Assembly (NCBI GenBank): GCA_930990555.1
Contig: CAKNPW010000005.1
Span: 3,770-67,769, forward strand
Source: an uncultured Clostridium sp.
GTDB lineage: Bacteria; Bacillota; Clostridia; TANB77; CAG-508
DNA: 64,000 nucleotides
Reading direction: 5' to 3'
The translations under genes were made by a program, and so were the position numbers. The stretch's first letter is position 1. Every line of letters begins with the position of its first letter. The notes beneath the pieces were generated by a model. That model was not told the DNA's origin, did not search any database, and was given only the letters and a program-made list of their open reading frames with translations. Shown here piece by piece: positions 1 to 8,500 of this stretch.

Positions 1-571
1 ATCCAACAACACCACAAAAAGCTGCGGGTTCTCTTATAGAGCCACCTGTATCTGTTCCTAATGCCCATGGAACCATTCCTGCTGCTACTGCTGCAGCTGA
101 ACCACCAGAAGATCCACCTGGCACCTTATTTAAATTCCATGGATTTCTTGTAACATGAAAATATGAATGTTCTGTTGAACCACCCATTGCAAATTCATCC
201 ATATTTAATTTTCCTAAATTCACAAGTTCTTTATCGTTTATTTTTTCCATAACAGTTGCATCATATGGTGCAATAAAATTTTCTAACATTTTTGAAGAAC
301 AAGTTGTTTTTACACCTTTTGTACAAATATTATCTTTTATTCCTATTGGAATACCTGCTAATTCTGATTTTGCTTCTCCGCTCTCAATTTTTTTATCCAT
401 TTCTTTCGCTTTTTCTAAAGCATCTGCTTCTAATGTTGTAACAAAAGCTTGTACATCTTTTTCTTTTTCTGCAATTCTATCTGTATATGCTTTTGTAATT
501 TCATAACTTGTAAGCTCTTTTTTCTCTAATTTCTCTTTAAGCTCATGTACTGTTAATTCTGTAATATTCAT
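1..571 (-). CDS. gatA: Glutamyl/aspartyl-tRNA amidotransferase subunit A, N-terminal part (3' end lies outside the window)
   Basis: Reverse-strand ATG at 571 is preceded by AAAGGAGG. The translation reads [33 protein letters not shown]...[14 protein letters not shown]...[14 protein letters not shown], an amidase-signature GatA N-terminus. It lies directly downstream of gatC. Confidence 0.9.
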   Translation of the reverse strand, partial: MNITELTVHELKEKLEKKELTSYEITKAYTDRIAEKEKDVQAFVTTLEADALEKAKEMDKKIESGEAKSELAGIPIGIKDNICTKGVKTTCSSKMLENFIAPYDATVMEKINDKELVNLGKLNMDEFAMGGSTEHSYFHVTRNPWNLNKVPGGSSGGSAAAVAAGMVPWALGTDTGGSIREPAAFCGVVG

Positions 572-669
572 GTTTGCCTCCTTTATTTAAATTAACTTGC
601 TATGTTTTCCAATTTTATATAAACTTTTTCCATTTTTCTGCTTTTGCAATTTTATATTTTAATTCACCT

Positions 670-966
670 TTAATTTATTACCTTTGGAATTTTAAACATA
701 TTTTGTTCTTTTTCTGGTGCATTTTGGAGTAACGCATCTAAATTACCAAATTCTTTTACTTCATCTTTTCTAAATACATTTTTATTTTCATAAGCACCTA
801 TTGTAATATCTAAATTACTTACATCAGCATTATTTATTACATCTGCAAAATTTAAAATTTCTTGTAAATTTTCTAAATACTTTTCTGTTTCATCTTCTTT
901 AAGATTTAAATCTGCTAATTTTGCAATGTGTAATAATTCTTCTTTACTTACCTTATTTTCGCTCAT
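670..966 (-). CDS. gatC: Glutamyl/aspartyl-tRNA amidotransferase subunit C
   Basis: The translation MSENKVSKEELLHIAKLADLNLKEDE...FRKDEV is typical GatC. I prefer the internal ATG at 966 (RBS AAGGAG 8 nt upstream) over the track start at 996. Confidence 0.85.
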   Translation of the reverse strand: MSENKVSKEELLHIAKLADLNLKEDETEKYLENLQEILNFADVINNADVSNLDITIGAYENKNVFRKDEVKEFGNLDALLQNAPEKEQNMFKIPKVIN

Positions 967-1057
967 AAACTCATCTCCTTGCGTTTTATATGCCATTTAT
1001 TATATAGTCATTTATTTTCAAAAGTCAAGTTTACCATAATATTTTTATACATAAATG

Positions 1058-1086
1058 TTGACAAATTAGCAAATACTATGTAAAAT
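1058..1086 (+). promoter_or_regulatory. Sigma-A type promoter of the aspS leader
   Basis: TTGACA (1058-1063), exactly 17 nt of spacer, then TAAAAT (1081-1086). Confidence 0.5.
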
Positions 1087-1092
1087 ATTTCT

Positions 1093-1126
1093 ATAGGGAT
1101 TTGGGGACGTTCCTTAAAATCCCTAT
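1093..1126 (+). repeat. Family-1 hairpin repeat, copy 1 (ATAGGGATTTGGGGACGTTCCTTAAAATCCCTAT)
   Basis: GGGATTT/AAATCCC stem around the conserved GGGGACGTTCC core. It sits at the predicted +1 of the aspS leader. The same element occurs at 4581, 4621, 29641, 47836 and 49131. Confidence 0.8.
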
Positions 1127-1129
1127 TAA

Positions 1130-1356
1130 TTTTATAAACAATGACGAGCTTTTGCAAGTTACTAATAGAGAGTAAGGGTCAATAGGCTGAAAGCCCTTTT
1201 AGAAAAACGCAATTGAATAACACATTGTTTTTTTATCATACAAGTTAATAAATTGAGTGGAAAACTATTATAAACCAAGTTTTCAATATAGGGTGGCACC
1301 GCGGAAAGTTATTTCGTCCCTATCATATTAAAAAATATGATAGGGATTTTTTGATG
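1130..1356 (+). promoter_or_regulatory. T-box riboswitch leader controlling aspS; the probable specifier is an Asn codon
   Basis: Stem I base AAACAATG (1136-1143) pairs with CATTGTTT (1223-1230). There is an AGAGAG bulge (1167-1172) and a distal GGCTGAAAGCC loop. The specifier-loop 3' side is TTGAATAACA, with AAC at 1219-1221 followed by A. The T-box sequence AATATAGGGTGGCACCGCGG is at 1285-1304, followed by a terminator. Confidence 0.85.
1317..1352 (+). terminator. Intrinsic terminator of the T-box leader
   Basis: TCCCTATCATAT (1317-1328), 6-nt loop, ATATGATAGGGA (1335-1346), then TTTTTT. Confidence 0.85.
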
Positions 1357-1363
1357 CCTATCA

Positions 1364-1424
1364 TTAAGCCACCTTCCAAATCTCCGATTTGGCTAAGGTG
1401 GGCTATAATTGGCTAAGCCAATAG
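1364..1424 (+). repeat. Family-2 compound-hairpin repeat, copy A, between the T-box terminator and the aspS RBS
   Basis: TTAAGCCACCTTCCAAATCTCCGATTTGGCTAAGGTGGGCTATAATTGGCTAAGCCAATAG is about 80% identical to 46763-46823. It contains nested hairpins CCAAATC/GATTTGG and AGCCACCTT/AAGGTGGGCT, plus the palindrome TTGGCTAAGCCAA. Confidence 0.7.
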
Positions 1425-1440
1425 ATTTAGGAGGTTTATT

Positions 1441-3207
1441 ATGGAAAAGTACAGAACACACACATGTGGAGACATCACTTTAGAAGATGTTGGAAAAAAA
1501 GTTAAAATTGCAGGATTTGTGCAAACAATTCGTGATTTAGGAGGTCTTGTATTCTTAGATATTCGTGATATGTATGGAATTACACAAGTTGTAACTTCTG
1601 CTGAATCTAATATTGTAGATTTTGCATCACATATCCCTATCGAATCTTCTGTATCTGTGGAAGGTATAGTTAGAAAAAGAAGTGAAGACACAATAAACGA
1701 AAAAATAAAAACAGGTCTTGTTGAAATTTACATTGATAAAATTAAAATATTAGGAAAAAGAACTGCAGATTTGCCATTTGAAGTAAATACAGATCAAGAA
1801 GTTAGAGAAGATTTAAGATTAAAATACCGTTATTTAGATTTAAGAAATGATAAATTGAAATCAAATATAATTTTACGTAGTAAAGTTATCCAATTTTTAA
1901 GAGAAGAAATGATAAAACGTGAATTTTTAGAGGTTCAAACACCAATACTTACAAGTTCTTCTCCAGAAGGTGCACGTGATTATTTAGTACCAAGTAGATT
2001 ACATGAAGGAAGATTTTATGCCCTTCCACAAGCACCACAACAATTTAAACAATTATTAATGGTTTCTGGTTTTGATAAATATTTCCAAATTGCACCTTGT
2101 TTTAGAGATGAAGATGCAAGAGCTGACCGTGCTCCTGGTGAATTTTATCAACTAGATATGGAAATGAGCTATGCTACCCAAGAAGATGTATTTTCTGTTA
2201 TTGAACCAGTAATTTATAATACATTTACTAAATTTTCTGATAAAAAAGTAGCAGAATATCCTTTCCCAAGAATAACATATAAAGAAGCTATGCTTAAATA
2301 TGGTTCTGATAAACCTGATTTAAGAAACCCATTAGTTATAGTTGATGTTACAGATATTTTTGAAGATGAAAGTGTAACATTAAATGCTTTTAAAGGAAAA
2401 TTAGTTAGAACAATAGCTGCACATGATGTAGCAAATCAACCAAGAAGCTTTTTTGAAGGAATGACAGACTATGCAATGAAAGAATGTAAAGCTAAAGGTC
2501 TGGCTTGGCTTCGTGTTTTAGAAGATGGTACATTCCAAGGACCTATTGCTAAATTTATACCAGATAATGCAAGAGAAGAAATGTTAAAAAGAACAGATTC
2601 AAAACCTGGTGACTGCTTATTCTTTATTGCAGAAACTCCAAAAGTTGTTAATACTTTATCTGGTGAAATTAGAGCAGAGCTTGGAAAACGTTTAGGTTTA
2701 ATAGATGAAAATATTTTCAAATTCTGTTGGATTATTGATTTCCCAATGTATGAATTAGATGAACGTGGAAATATTACATTTAGTCACAACCCATTTTCTA
2801 TGCCACAAGGTGGATTAGAAGCTTTAAATACTCTAGATCCATTAGATGTAGTTGCATACCAATATGACATTGTTTGTAATGGTATAGAATTATCTTCTGG
2901 TGCTGTTAGAAATCATGATATCGATATCATGATTAAAGCTTTTGAAATTGCTGGTTATACTAAAGACCAAGTAAAAGAAAGATTTGGTGCTTTATATACC
3001 GCATTTCAATATGGTGCTCCTCCACATGCTGGTGTAGCTCCTGGAATTGATAGAATGATTATGCTTCTTACTGGTGCAGAGAATATTCGTGAAGTTATAG
3101 CTTTCCCATTAAATAGCAAAGCACAAGATTTAATGATGGGAGCTCCTGGATATGTTTCAAGAGATCAATTAAGAGATATTCATATTAGAATTGAGAAAAG
3201 TAAATAA
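1441..3207 (+). CDS. aspS: Aspartyl-tRNA synthetase, possibly non-discriminating given the adjacent gatCAB
   Basis: 588 aa with class II aaRS motifs (FRDEDARADR, GIELSSGAVRNH, PPHAGVAPGIDR). RBS AGGAGG lies upstream. Confidence 0.95.
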   Translation: MEKYRTHTCGDITLEDVGKKVKIAGFVQTIRDLGGLVFLDIRDMYGITQVVTSAESNIVDFASHIPIESSVSVEGIVRKRSEDTINEKIKTGLVEIYIDKIKILGKRTADLPFEVNTDQEVREDLRLKYRYLDLRNDKLKSNIILRSKVIQFLREEMIKREFLEVQTPILTSSSPEGARDYLVPSRLHEGRFYALPQAPQQFKQLLMVSGFDKYFQIAPCFRDEDARADRAPGEFYQLDMEMSYATQEDVFSVIEPVIYNTFTKFSDKKVAEYPFPRITYKEAMLKYGSDKPDLRNPLVIVDVTDIFEDESVTLNAFKGKLVRTIAAHDVANQPRSFFEGMTDYAMKECKAKGLAWLRVLEDGTFQGPIAKFIPDNAREEMLKRTDSKPGDCLFFIAETPKVVNTLSGEIRAELGKRLGLIDENIFKFCWIIDFPMYELDERGNITFSHNPFSMPQGGLEALNTLDPLDVVAYQYDIVCNGIELSSGAVRNHDIDIMIKAFEIAGYTKDQVKERFGALYTAFQYGAPPHAGVAPGIDRMIMLLTGAENIREVIAFPLNSKAQDLMMGAPGYVSRDQLRDIHIRIEKSK

Positions 3208-3281
3208 AACTATTCTTGTTTATTTCAAGAAAAAATGCTATAATTGTTAATAATAAAATATATTAGAATGGAGGAAATCAT

Positions 3282-3566
3282 ATGTTTAATCGTCGGATAA
3301 GTAAACGTAAACGCTCAACTTTTTTCCAATTTATTAAGAAGGAAGGAAATGTATACAGATTTGATGTTTATTGCTATGATGCCAAATTAAACAATTCTGC
3401 TCTAGTTGGATATGCGTTAGTCAACAAGTGCAGTGGAATTGGTAGTATATCAATGTTTGAATCTGATATTTGCCCTCTTTATTATTCTAATGGATATTAC
3501 AATGATCCATATCTTATTGAAGAACTAAAGAGACAGCTTGATATAATAGAAAAAACATATGAATAA
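3282..3566 (+). CDS. Hypothetical protein (94 aa), orphan
   Basis: ORF with RBS GGAGGAAATCATATG and its own terminator. I recognise no family. Confidence 0.6.
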   Translation: MFNRRISKRKRSTFFQFIKKEGNVYRFDVYCYDAKLNNSALVGYALVNKCSGIGSISMFESDICPLYYSNGYYNDPYLIEELKRQLDIIEKTYE

Positions 3567-3575
3567 ACTCACACC

Positions 3576-3610
3576 ACTCCCCTGAAATATGGGGAGTATT
3601 TCTTTTATTA
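3576..3610 (+). terminator. Intrinsic terminator
   Basis: ACTCCCC (3576-3582) pairs with GGGGAGT (3591-3597), followed by ATTTCTTTTATT. Confidence 0.75.
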
Positions 3611-3649
3611 TAAATATAATTTCACATTTACATTAGATGCAAAATATAT

Positions 3650-3678
3650 TTGTCAGATTTATGTAAATATGATATAAT
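3650..3678 (+). promoter_or_regulatory. Sigma-A type promoter
   Basis: TTGTCA, 17 nt of spacer, TATAAT. It is followed by a ~100-nt leader with two hairpins (AGGTAT...ATACCT and TTTTGGAGG-GGCTAG-CCTCCAAAA). Confidence 0.5.
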
Positions 3679-3778
3679 ACATTCGTCAAATTTAGGTATA
3701 ACTAGCACATACCTCTAAAATGTAACTATTGTATTTTGGAGGGGCTAGCCTCCAAAAGATTCAAAAAGGAGGCACATT

Positions 3779-4114
3779 TTGATAGAATTAAATTTAAAAG
3801 AAAAATGGATTAATCAAATGTATGGAGGTAAACTCGAAACCTGGTGTATATGGATAGAACGTGCAATCGAAACAATTCGTTCCAAAAATGAAAAAGAGAT
3901 TGAAATAATAACTACTTGTCCAGCACCAAATGGAGCAGAGAATGGATTACGGGAACCGCATCCTGAATTAGGATATACAACAGTTCGTTTCTTTTGTATA
4001 TACCTACCTGACCTTGATAATTATCTTATAGATACCTTGAAAGGTATTTTAGTTAGAAACCACATAAATTTACGCGAAGCCAGTCCTCGTTCAATTACGC
4101 TCCGAATTTTTTAA
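3779..4114 (+). CDS. Hypothetical protein (111 aa), orphan
   Basis: ORF with a TTG start 7 nt after AAGGAGG and its own terminator. I recognise no family. Confidence 0.55.
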   Translation: MIELNLKEKWINQMYGGKLETWCIWIERAIETIRSKNEKEIEIITTCPAPNGAENGLREPHPELGYTTVRFFCIYLPDLDNYLIDTLKGILVRNHINLREASPRSITLRIF

Positions 4115-4132
4115 CCATTTTCTTACCACGCA

Positions 4133-4175
4133 AAAATCCTAACAATTAACATTGTTAGGATTTTGTACTTTATTC
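4133..4175 (+). terminator. Intrinsic terminator
   Basis: AAAATCCTAACAAT, TAAC loop, ATTGTTAGGATTTT, then GTACTTTATT. Confidence 0.75.
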
Positions 4176-4543
4176 TAATAAAGATATCATATCCCACGTC
4201 GATGAAAAATTCATTGTTGGTGAATGTATTCATATGGATACATGATACATCATGGCTTAAAGACAAAAAAAATTTGAAACAGATAAGCTTTGAAATCGAA
4301 GAAGGCGATGAAGATGAAGGAACCATAACCGACATAAATTACTACTCTTCTATGCCATACTTTGTCTGCAAAGACAAAAACGATGAAAGTAAGCATAATT
4401 TAATTTTTGACAGCTTGAAAGAGCTGTTAAAAAGAGAAGGACTTCATCTAGATGAAGAAGTTTATCTAGATAGGTTAACGCTCTTTTGGTTACACTCAAA
4501 TAGTTTATCTTATCTTAGAAGCCCTAGCAATGAACATTGCTAG
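4163..4543 (+). CDS. Hypothetical acidic protein, possibly a gene remnant; the real start may be the ATG at 4203
   Basis: ORF without a convincing RBS. Its 5' end overlaps the preceding terminator and its stop codon lies inside a 16-bp inverted repeat. Confidence 0.35.
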   Translation: MYFILIKISYPTSMKNSLLVNVFIWIHDTSWLKDKKNLKQISFEIEEGDEDEGTITDINYYSSMPYFVCKDKNDESKHNLIFDSLKELLKREGLHLDEEVYLDRLTLFWLHSNSLSYLRSPSNEHC

Positions 4544-4560
4544 GGCTTCTTCCTTTCTAT
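4517..4560 (+). terminator. Intrinsic terminator (perfect 16-bp inverted repeat)
   Basis: AGAAGCCCTAGCAATG, AA, CATTGCTAGGGCTTCT, followed by TCCTTTCTATT. Confidence 0.7.
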
Positions 4561-4580
4561 TATAAAATTATTTTTTATAT

Positions 4581-4609
4581 AGGGATTTTAGGAACGTCCC
4601 CAAATCCCT
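4581..4609 (-). repeat. Family-1 hairpin repeat, copy 2 (forward orientation on the minus strand)
   Basis: AGGGATTTTAGGAACGTCCCCAAATCCCT, lying downstream of adhE. Confidence 0.8.
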
Positions 4610-4620
4610 CTCGTATGGTT

Positions 4621-4647
4621 GAAAATTCCAGAACGTCCCCATTTCCC
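4621..4647 (-). repeat. Family-1 hairpin repeat, degenerate copy abutting the adhE stop codon
   Basis: The minus strand reads GGGAAATGGGGACGTTCTGGAATTTTC. The core GGGGACGTTC is retained but the stem arms have diverged. Confidence 0.55.
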
Positions 4648-7244
4648 TATTTTCCATAATAGCTGTCTAATAAAATTTGTTTTATTTCTGCTACTAATGG
4701 TAGTCTTGGATTTGCTGGTGTACATTGATCTTCAAATGCTCTATCTGCTAATTCATCTACATTGTCTAAGAATTCTTTTTCATCTACTCCTGCTTCTTTA
4801 AATGATGCTGGAATATTTATATCTTTGTTCATTTTTCTGATAGCTTCTGCTAATGAATGTACTCCCTCTTCTACTGTATCTGCTTTTAAACCAACCATTT
4901 TTGCTATTTTAGCATATTTTTCGTCTGCCATATAATATTCATATTTAGGGAATGATGTAAATTTAGTTGGTTTACTTCCATTATATTCTACAACATATGG
5001 TAATAAAATTGCATTAATTCTACCATGTGGTAAATGGAATTTTGCTCCTAATTTATGTGCCATAGAGTGACATACTCCTAAAAACGCATTTGAAAATGCC
5101 ATACCTGCCATTGTACTTGCATTATGCATTCTTTCTCTTGCATATTTATTATCACCATGGTTATATGCTTCTTTTAAGTTTTCAAATACTAATTTTGCTG
5201 CTTTTTCAGCTAATGCATCTGTATAATCTGTTGCCATATTTGATACATATGCTTCTAACGCATGTGTTAAAACATCCATTCCTGTATCTGCTGTTAAAGA
5301 TTTTGGAAGTGTTGATACAAAATCTGGGTCTACTATTGCAACATTTGGTGTTAATTCATATGCTGTTAGTGGATATTTTTTACCTTCTTTTTTATCTGTT
5401 ATAACTGCAAATGATGTAACTTCAGAACCTGTTCCAGATGTTGTAGGAATTGCTACCATTTGACACTTTTTACCTAGTTCTGGAATTTCATATGTACGCT
5501 TTCTTATATCCATAAATTTTAATTTTAATCCATCTAAATCTACATCAGGAACTTCATATAAAAGCCACATTCCTTTTGCAGCATCCATTGCAGAACCTCC
5601 ACCTAATGCAATAATTACATCTGGTTCAAATTTTCTCATTGCTTCTACACCTTTTTTAACAGTGTCAAATGATGGATCTGGCTCTACATCAAAGAATATT
5701 TCAGAATGTACATAATCTTGTCTTTTTCTTAAGTGATATAACACTTTATCAACATAACCAAATTTAACCATTGATTCATCTGTTACTATAAAAGCTCTAG
5801 AAATATCTCTCATATCTTCAAGATATTTTATTGCTCCTGCTTCAAAATATATTTTCTTTGGAACTTTAAACCATTGCATATTAACTCTCCTTCTTCCCAT
5901 CTTTTTAACATTTATTAAATTCTTAGCAGATACATTATCTGTTGTAGAGTTTCCTCCAAATGTACCACAACCTAAAGTTAATGATGGTGTAAATGAATTA
6001 TATATATCACCAATTCCACCATGTGATGATGGTTGATTTACAATGATTCTACTTGCTTTTAATCTTTTACCATATTCTTTTATTACTTCTTTATTTTCTG
6101 AATGGATAGCAGCAGAATGTCCTAGCCCTCCATTTTCTAGTAATTTTTCTGCTTTTTCTATTCCCTCTTTGCTATTTTTTACAATATAATAAGCTAGTAC
6201 TGGGCTTAGTTTTTCTTTAGAAAATGGGTATTCAGGCCCTACTCCTTCTTCATATACTACTAATACTTTTGTGTCTTCTGGTACTTCAAATCCAGCTTGT
6301 TTTGCAATACTATATGGACTTTGTCCTGGTATCTTAGATTGCAAAGCATATCCTTTTTCCTTATTAAACATTACTTCTTTTAATTTTTCTTTTTCTTCTG
6401 GAGATACAAAATAACATCCAGCATTTTTCATTAATTCTTCGAATTCTTTATAAATTGCTTCATCTACTATTACAGATTGTTCTGAAGCACAAATCATTCC
6501 ATTATCAAAAAATTTAGATAATACTAAATCATTTACAGATGTTTTTAATTTAGCTGATTTTTCTATATAGCATGGTACATTTCCTGGTCCTACACCTAAT
6601 GCTGGCTTTCCTGATGAATATGCAGCTTTAACCATTCCTGTTCCACCTGTTGCTAAAATTAAATTTACAGCTGGATGTGTCATTAATCTATTTGTAGCTT
6701 CTAAAGATGGTTCTTCAATCCATAATATACAATCTTTTGGCGCTCCTGCTTTTACTGCAGCATCTCTTAATATTTCTGCTGCTCTTTTACTACATTGTTG
6801 TGCTGATGGATGGAATCCAAATATAATTACATTTCTTGTTTTTGCAGAAATTATAGATTTAAACATAACTGTAGATGTTGGATTTGTTACTGGTGTTACA
6901 CCCGCAATAATTCCAATTGGTTCTGCAATTTTTATATAATCATCTTCTTCGTTTTCTTCTATTATACCAACAGTTTTTTCATTTTTAATATTATTATATA
7001 TATAATCTGTTGCAAACATGTTTTTTATAATTTTGTCTTCGTAAATACCTCTACCAGTTTCTTCCACTGCAAGTTTAGCAAGTTCCATATGATGTTCCAA
7101 ACCTGCCATAGACATAGCTTTTATGATTTTATCAACTTGTTCTTGATTTAGCTTCATATACTCTTTTGATGCTTTTTTTGCTCTTTCTACTAAATCATTA
7201 ATCATTTTTTCTACTTTATTGCTATCATTTTTTGTTTCAGCCAT
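4647..7244 (-). CDS. adhE: Bifunctional acetaldehyde-CoA/alcohol dehydrogenase
   Basis: 865 aa with an N-terminal aldehyde dehydrogenase domain and a C-terminal iron-type alcohol dehydrogenase domain (GGGSAMDAAK, HSMAHKLG). Confidence 0.95.
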   Translation of the reverse strand: MAETKNDSNKVEKMINDLVERAKKASKEYMKLNQEQVDKIIKAMSMAGLEHHMELAKLAVEETGRGIYEDKIIKNMFATDYIYNNIKNEKTVGIIEENEEDDYIKIAEPIGIIAGVTPVTNPTSTVMFKSIISAKTRNVIIFGFHPSAQQCSKRAAEILRDAAVKAGAPKDCILWIEEPSLEATNRLMTHPAVNLILATGGTGMVKAAYSSGKPALGVGPGNVPCYIEKSAKLKTSVNDLVLSKFFDNGMICASEQSVIVDEAIYKEFEELMKNAGCYFVSPEEKEKLKEVMFNKEKGYALQSKIPGQSPYSIAKQAGFEVPEDTKVLVVYEEGVGPEYPFSKEKLSPVLAYYIVKNSKEGIEKAEKLLENGGLGHSAAIHSENKEVIKEYGKRLKASRIIVNQPSSHGGIGDIYNSFTPSLTLGCGTFGGNSTTDNVSAKNLINVKKMGRRRVNMQWFKVPKKIYFEAGAIKYLEDMRDISRAFIVTDESMVKFGYVDKVLYHLRKRQDYVHSEIFFDVEPDPSFDTVKKGVEAMRKFEPDVIIALGGGSAMDAAKGMWLLYEVPDVDLDGLKLKFMDIRKRTYEIPELGKKCQMVAIPTTSGTGSEVTSFAVITDKKEGKKYPLTAYELTPNVAIVDPDFVSTLPKSLTADTGMDVLTHALEAYVSNMATDYTDALAEKAAKLVFENLKEAYNHGDNKYARERMHNASTMAGMAFSNAFLGVCHSMAHKLGAKFHLPHGRINAILLPYVVEYNGSKPTKFTSFPKYEYYMADEKYAKIAKMVGLKADTVEEGVHSLAEAIRKMNKDINIPASFKEAGVDEKEFLDNVDELADRAFEDQCTPANPRLPLVAEIKQILLDSYYGK

Positions 7245-7351
7245 AAATATGCCTCCTTAATATATTAATTCAATTTTAATAATATCTTATTCATATTTTA
7301 AAGTCAATAGAATGCTTACATTTTTATATGACAATATTTGCTATTTAACAT

Positions 7352-7382
7352 AAGAAAAAAGAGAAGCTTTTAGTCTTCTCTT
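7352..7382 (-). terminator. Intrinsic terminator of the 7370-8377 gene
   Basis: The minus strand reads AAGAGAAG, loop, CTTCTCTT, TTTTTC. The stem overlaps the stop codon. Confidence 0.65.
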
Positions 7383-8377
7383 CCTCCGTCATCTTTTTTT
7401 CCCTCTAATAAATCAGTATTCTGAGCAATATCAGCTATTTGTTGAACAGTCTGATCTCCAGCATCTCTTTTTAATTTAGCTAATTTTCCTCTTTGAGCTC
7501 TTTGTTCTTCTTCTTCCAATAATTTTTCTATTATACTTTTCATCTCTTCTGAAGATTCTTTTTCAACTTGTTTTAGGAAATATTCTTTTTGAGCTCGTTT
7601 TAGCATTTCCTCTATTTCCACTCCTGAATTCTCTACATCCACATCAATATCTTCACCTAAATCGTTTAATGGTAAAGCAACATTCATAAATTCCATAATC
7701 CTCATTGTATTTCCTAATTCTTTATAATTAGATACAACTTTTTTTGCAGCCATTGCAACTAATTTTCTATTTATTGGTCTTGCTTGTTTTTTTCTTTTAT
7801 TTATCTCTGTAGCTTCCTCTTCTGTTATTTCCGTGTCTTTTGGTGACATAGCTAATAATTCTTTTATTCTCAATTTTGTAACATATATATAATTTATAGC
7901 ATTCCAATCATTTGTATAATTTATAATTCTATAAACAGCATTAACCGATCTTTCTATTTCTTGCAAACTCATATCACTTGCTTTAACTTCTTGATTAGTT
8001 ACTAATTTTTGTACAATATCATATCTTGCATTTTTTGGCAAATCAGAAATTAAATCTTTTGCTTTTTGATCTTTTAGTAACACCTCTGAATCTATTGTTT
8101 GCATTATTGCTGTTTTTTGACTTCCTGTCAACTCATCTTTTATATCTGTTTCTGTTAATATTTGAATTTGTTTTTCTGACTCTTCAACATGTGCTATTGC
8201 TTTTGCTACAGTGGCCTTTACTTCTGAATCACCTTCTACAACAGCCTCTTTTTTATCATCAATAAAATCTAATAATTCATCATCTGTCATAGCTTTTAAT
8301 TTAGCTATTAACTTTTTATTTTTAATTTCCTTTCTTTTTGCTTCTACTTTATCCTGTATATTTTTTAAAATTCCCAT
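7370..8377 (-). CDS. Hypothetical acidic, coiled-coil-rich protein (335 aa)
   Basis: Long ORF with a terminator. It is rich in E and K and has no signal peptide or TM segment. I recognise no family. Confidence 0.65.
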   Translation of the reverse strand: MGILKNIQDKVEAKRKEIKNKKLIAKLKAMTDDELLDFIDDKKEAVVEGDSEVKATVAKAIAHVEESEKQIQILTETDIKDELTGSQKTAIMQTIDSEVLLKDQKAKDLISDLPKNARYDIVQKLVTNQEVKASDMSLQEIERSVNAVYRIINYTNDWNAINYIYVTKLRIKELLAMSPKDTEITEEEATEINKRKKQARPINRKLVAMAAKKVVSNYKELGNTMRIMEFMNVALPLNDLGEDIDVDVENSGVEIEEMLKRAQKEYFLKQVEKESSEEMKSIIEKLLEEEEQRAQRGKLAKLKRDAGDQTVQQIADIAQNTDLLEGKKDDGGRED

Positions 8378-8500
8378 TTATCCTATCCTTTCTGCATAAA
8401 ATTAATTAGCCTTTAATATATATTACTATATTTTTTCACAAAGTAAAGCCTAACTATAAGCTCTTACAAAACTTTTAGTTAGGCCGTTTGTTAATTTAAA

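Noticed and set aside
1413-2720. Minus-strand ORFs 1413-1691 and 2469-2720 overlapping aspS.
   Set aside because: They lie antisense to a clearly recognisable aspartyl-tRNA synthetase gene and have no RBS.
4619-4801. A 60-aa plus-strand ORF at the 3' end of adhE.
   Set aside because: It overlaps the adhE coding region and the family-1 repeat, and its translation is hydrophobic junk.
5090-7151. Plus-strand ORFs 5090-5404 and 6810-7151 inside adhE. Similar antisense ORFs lie within other long minus-strand genes, for example 8026-8265, 8211-8399, 11357-11569, 21373-21624, 21775-22098, 23008-23304, 23513-23746, 25500-25727, 26087-26278, 27312-27503, 31190-32119, 33330-33629, 33997-34392, 35311-35646, 36092-36637, 40305-40655, 42322-42862, 43210-43551, 44191-44712, 45564-45908, 48036-48263, 50130-50378, 51055-51372, 51949-52233, 56648-56869, 57215-57490, 58302-58753, 59310-59495, 59774-60307, 60980-61165, 62211-62399 and 63576-63862.
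   Set aside because: They are shadow ORFs on the strand opposite well-supported genes. Their translations are low-complexity L/F/I/S-rich strings typical of antisense AT-rich coding DNA, and they have no RBS or family resemblance.
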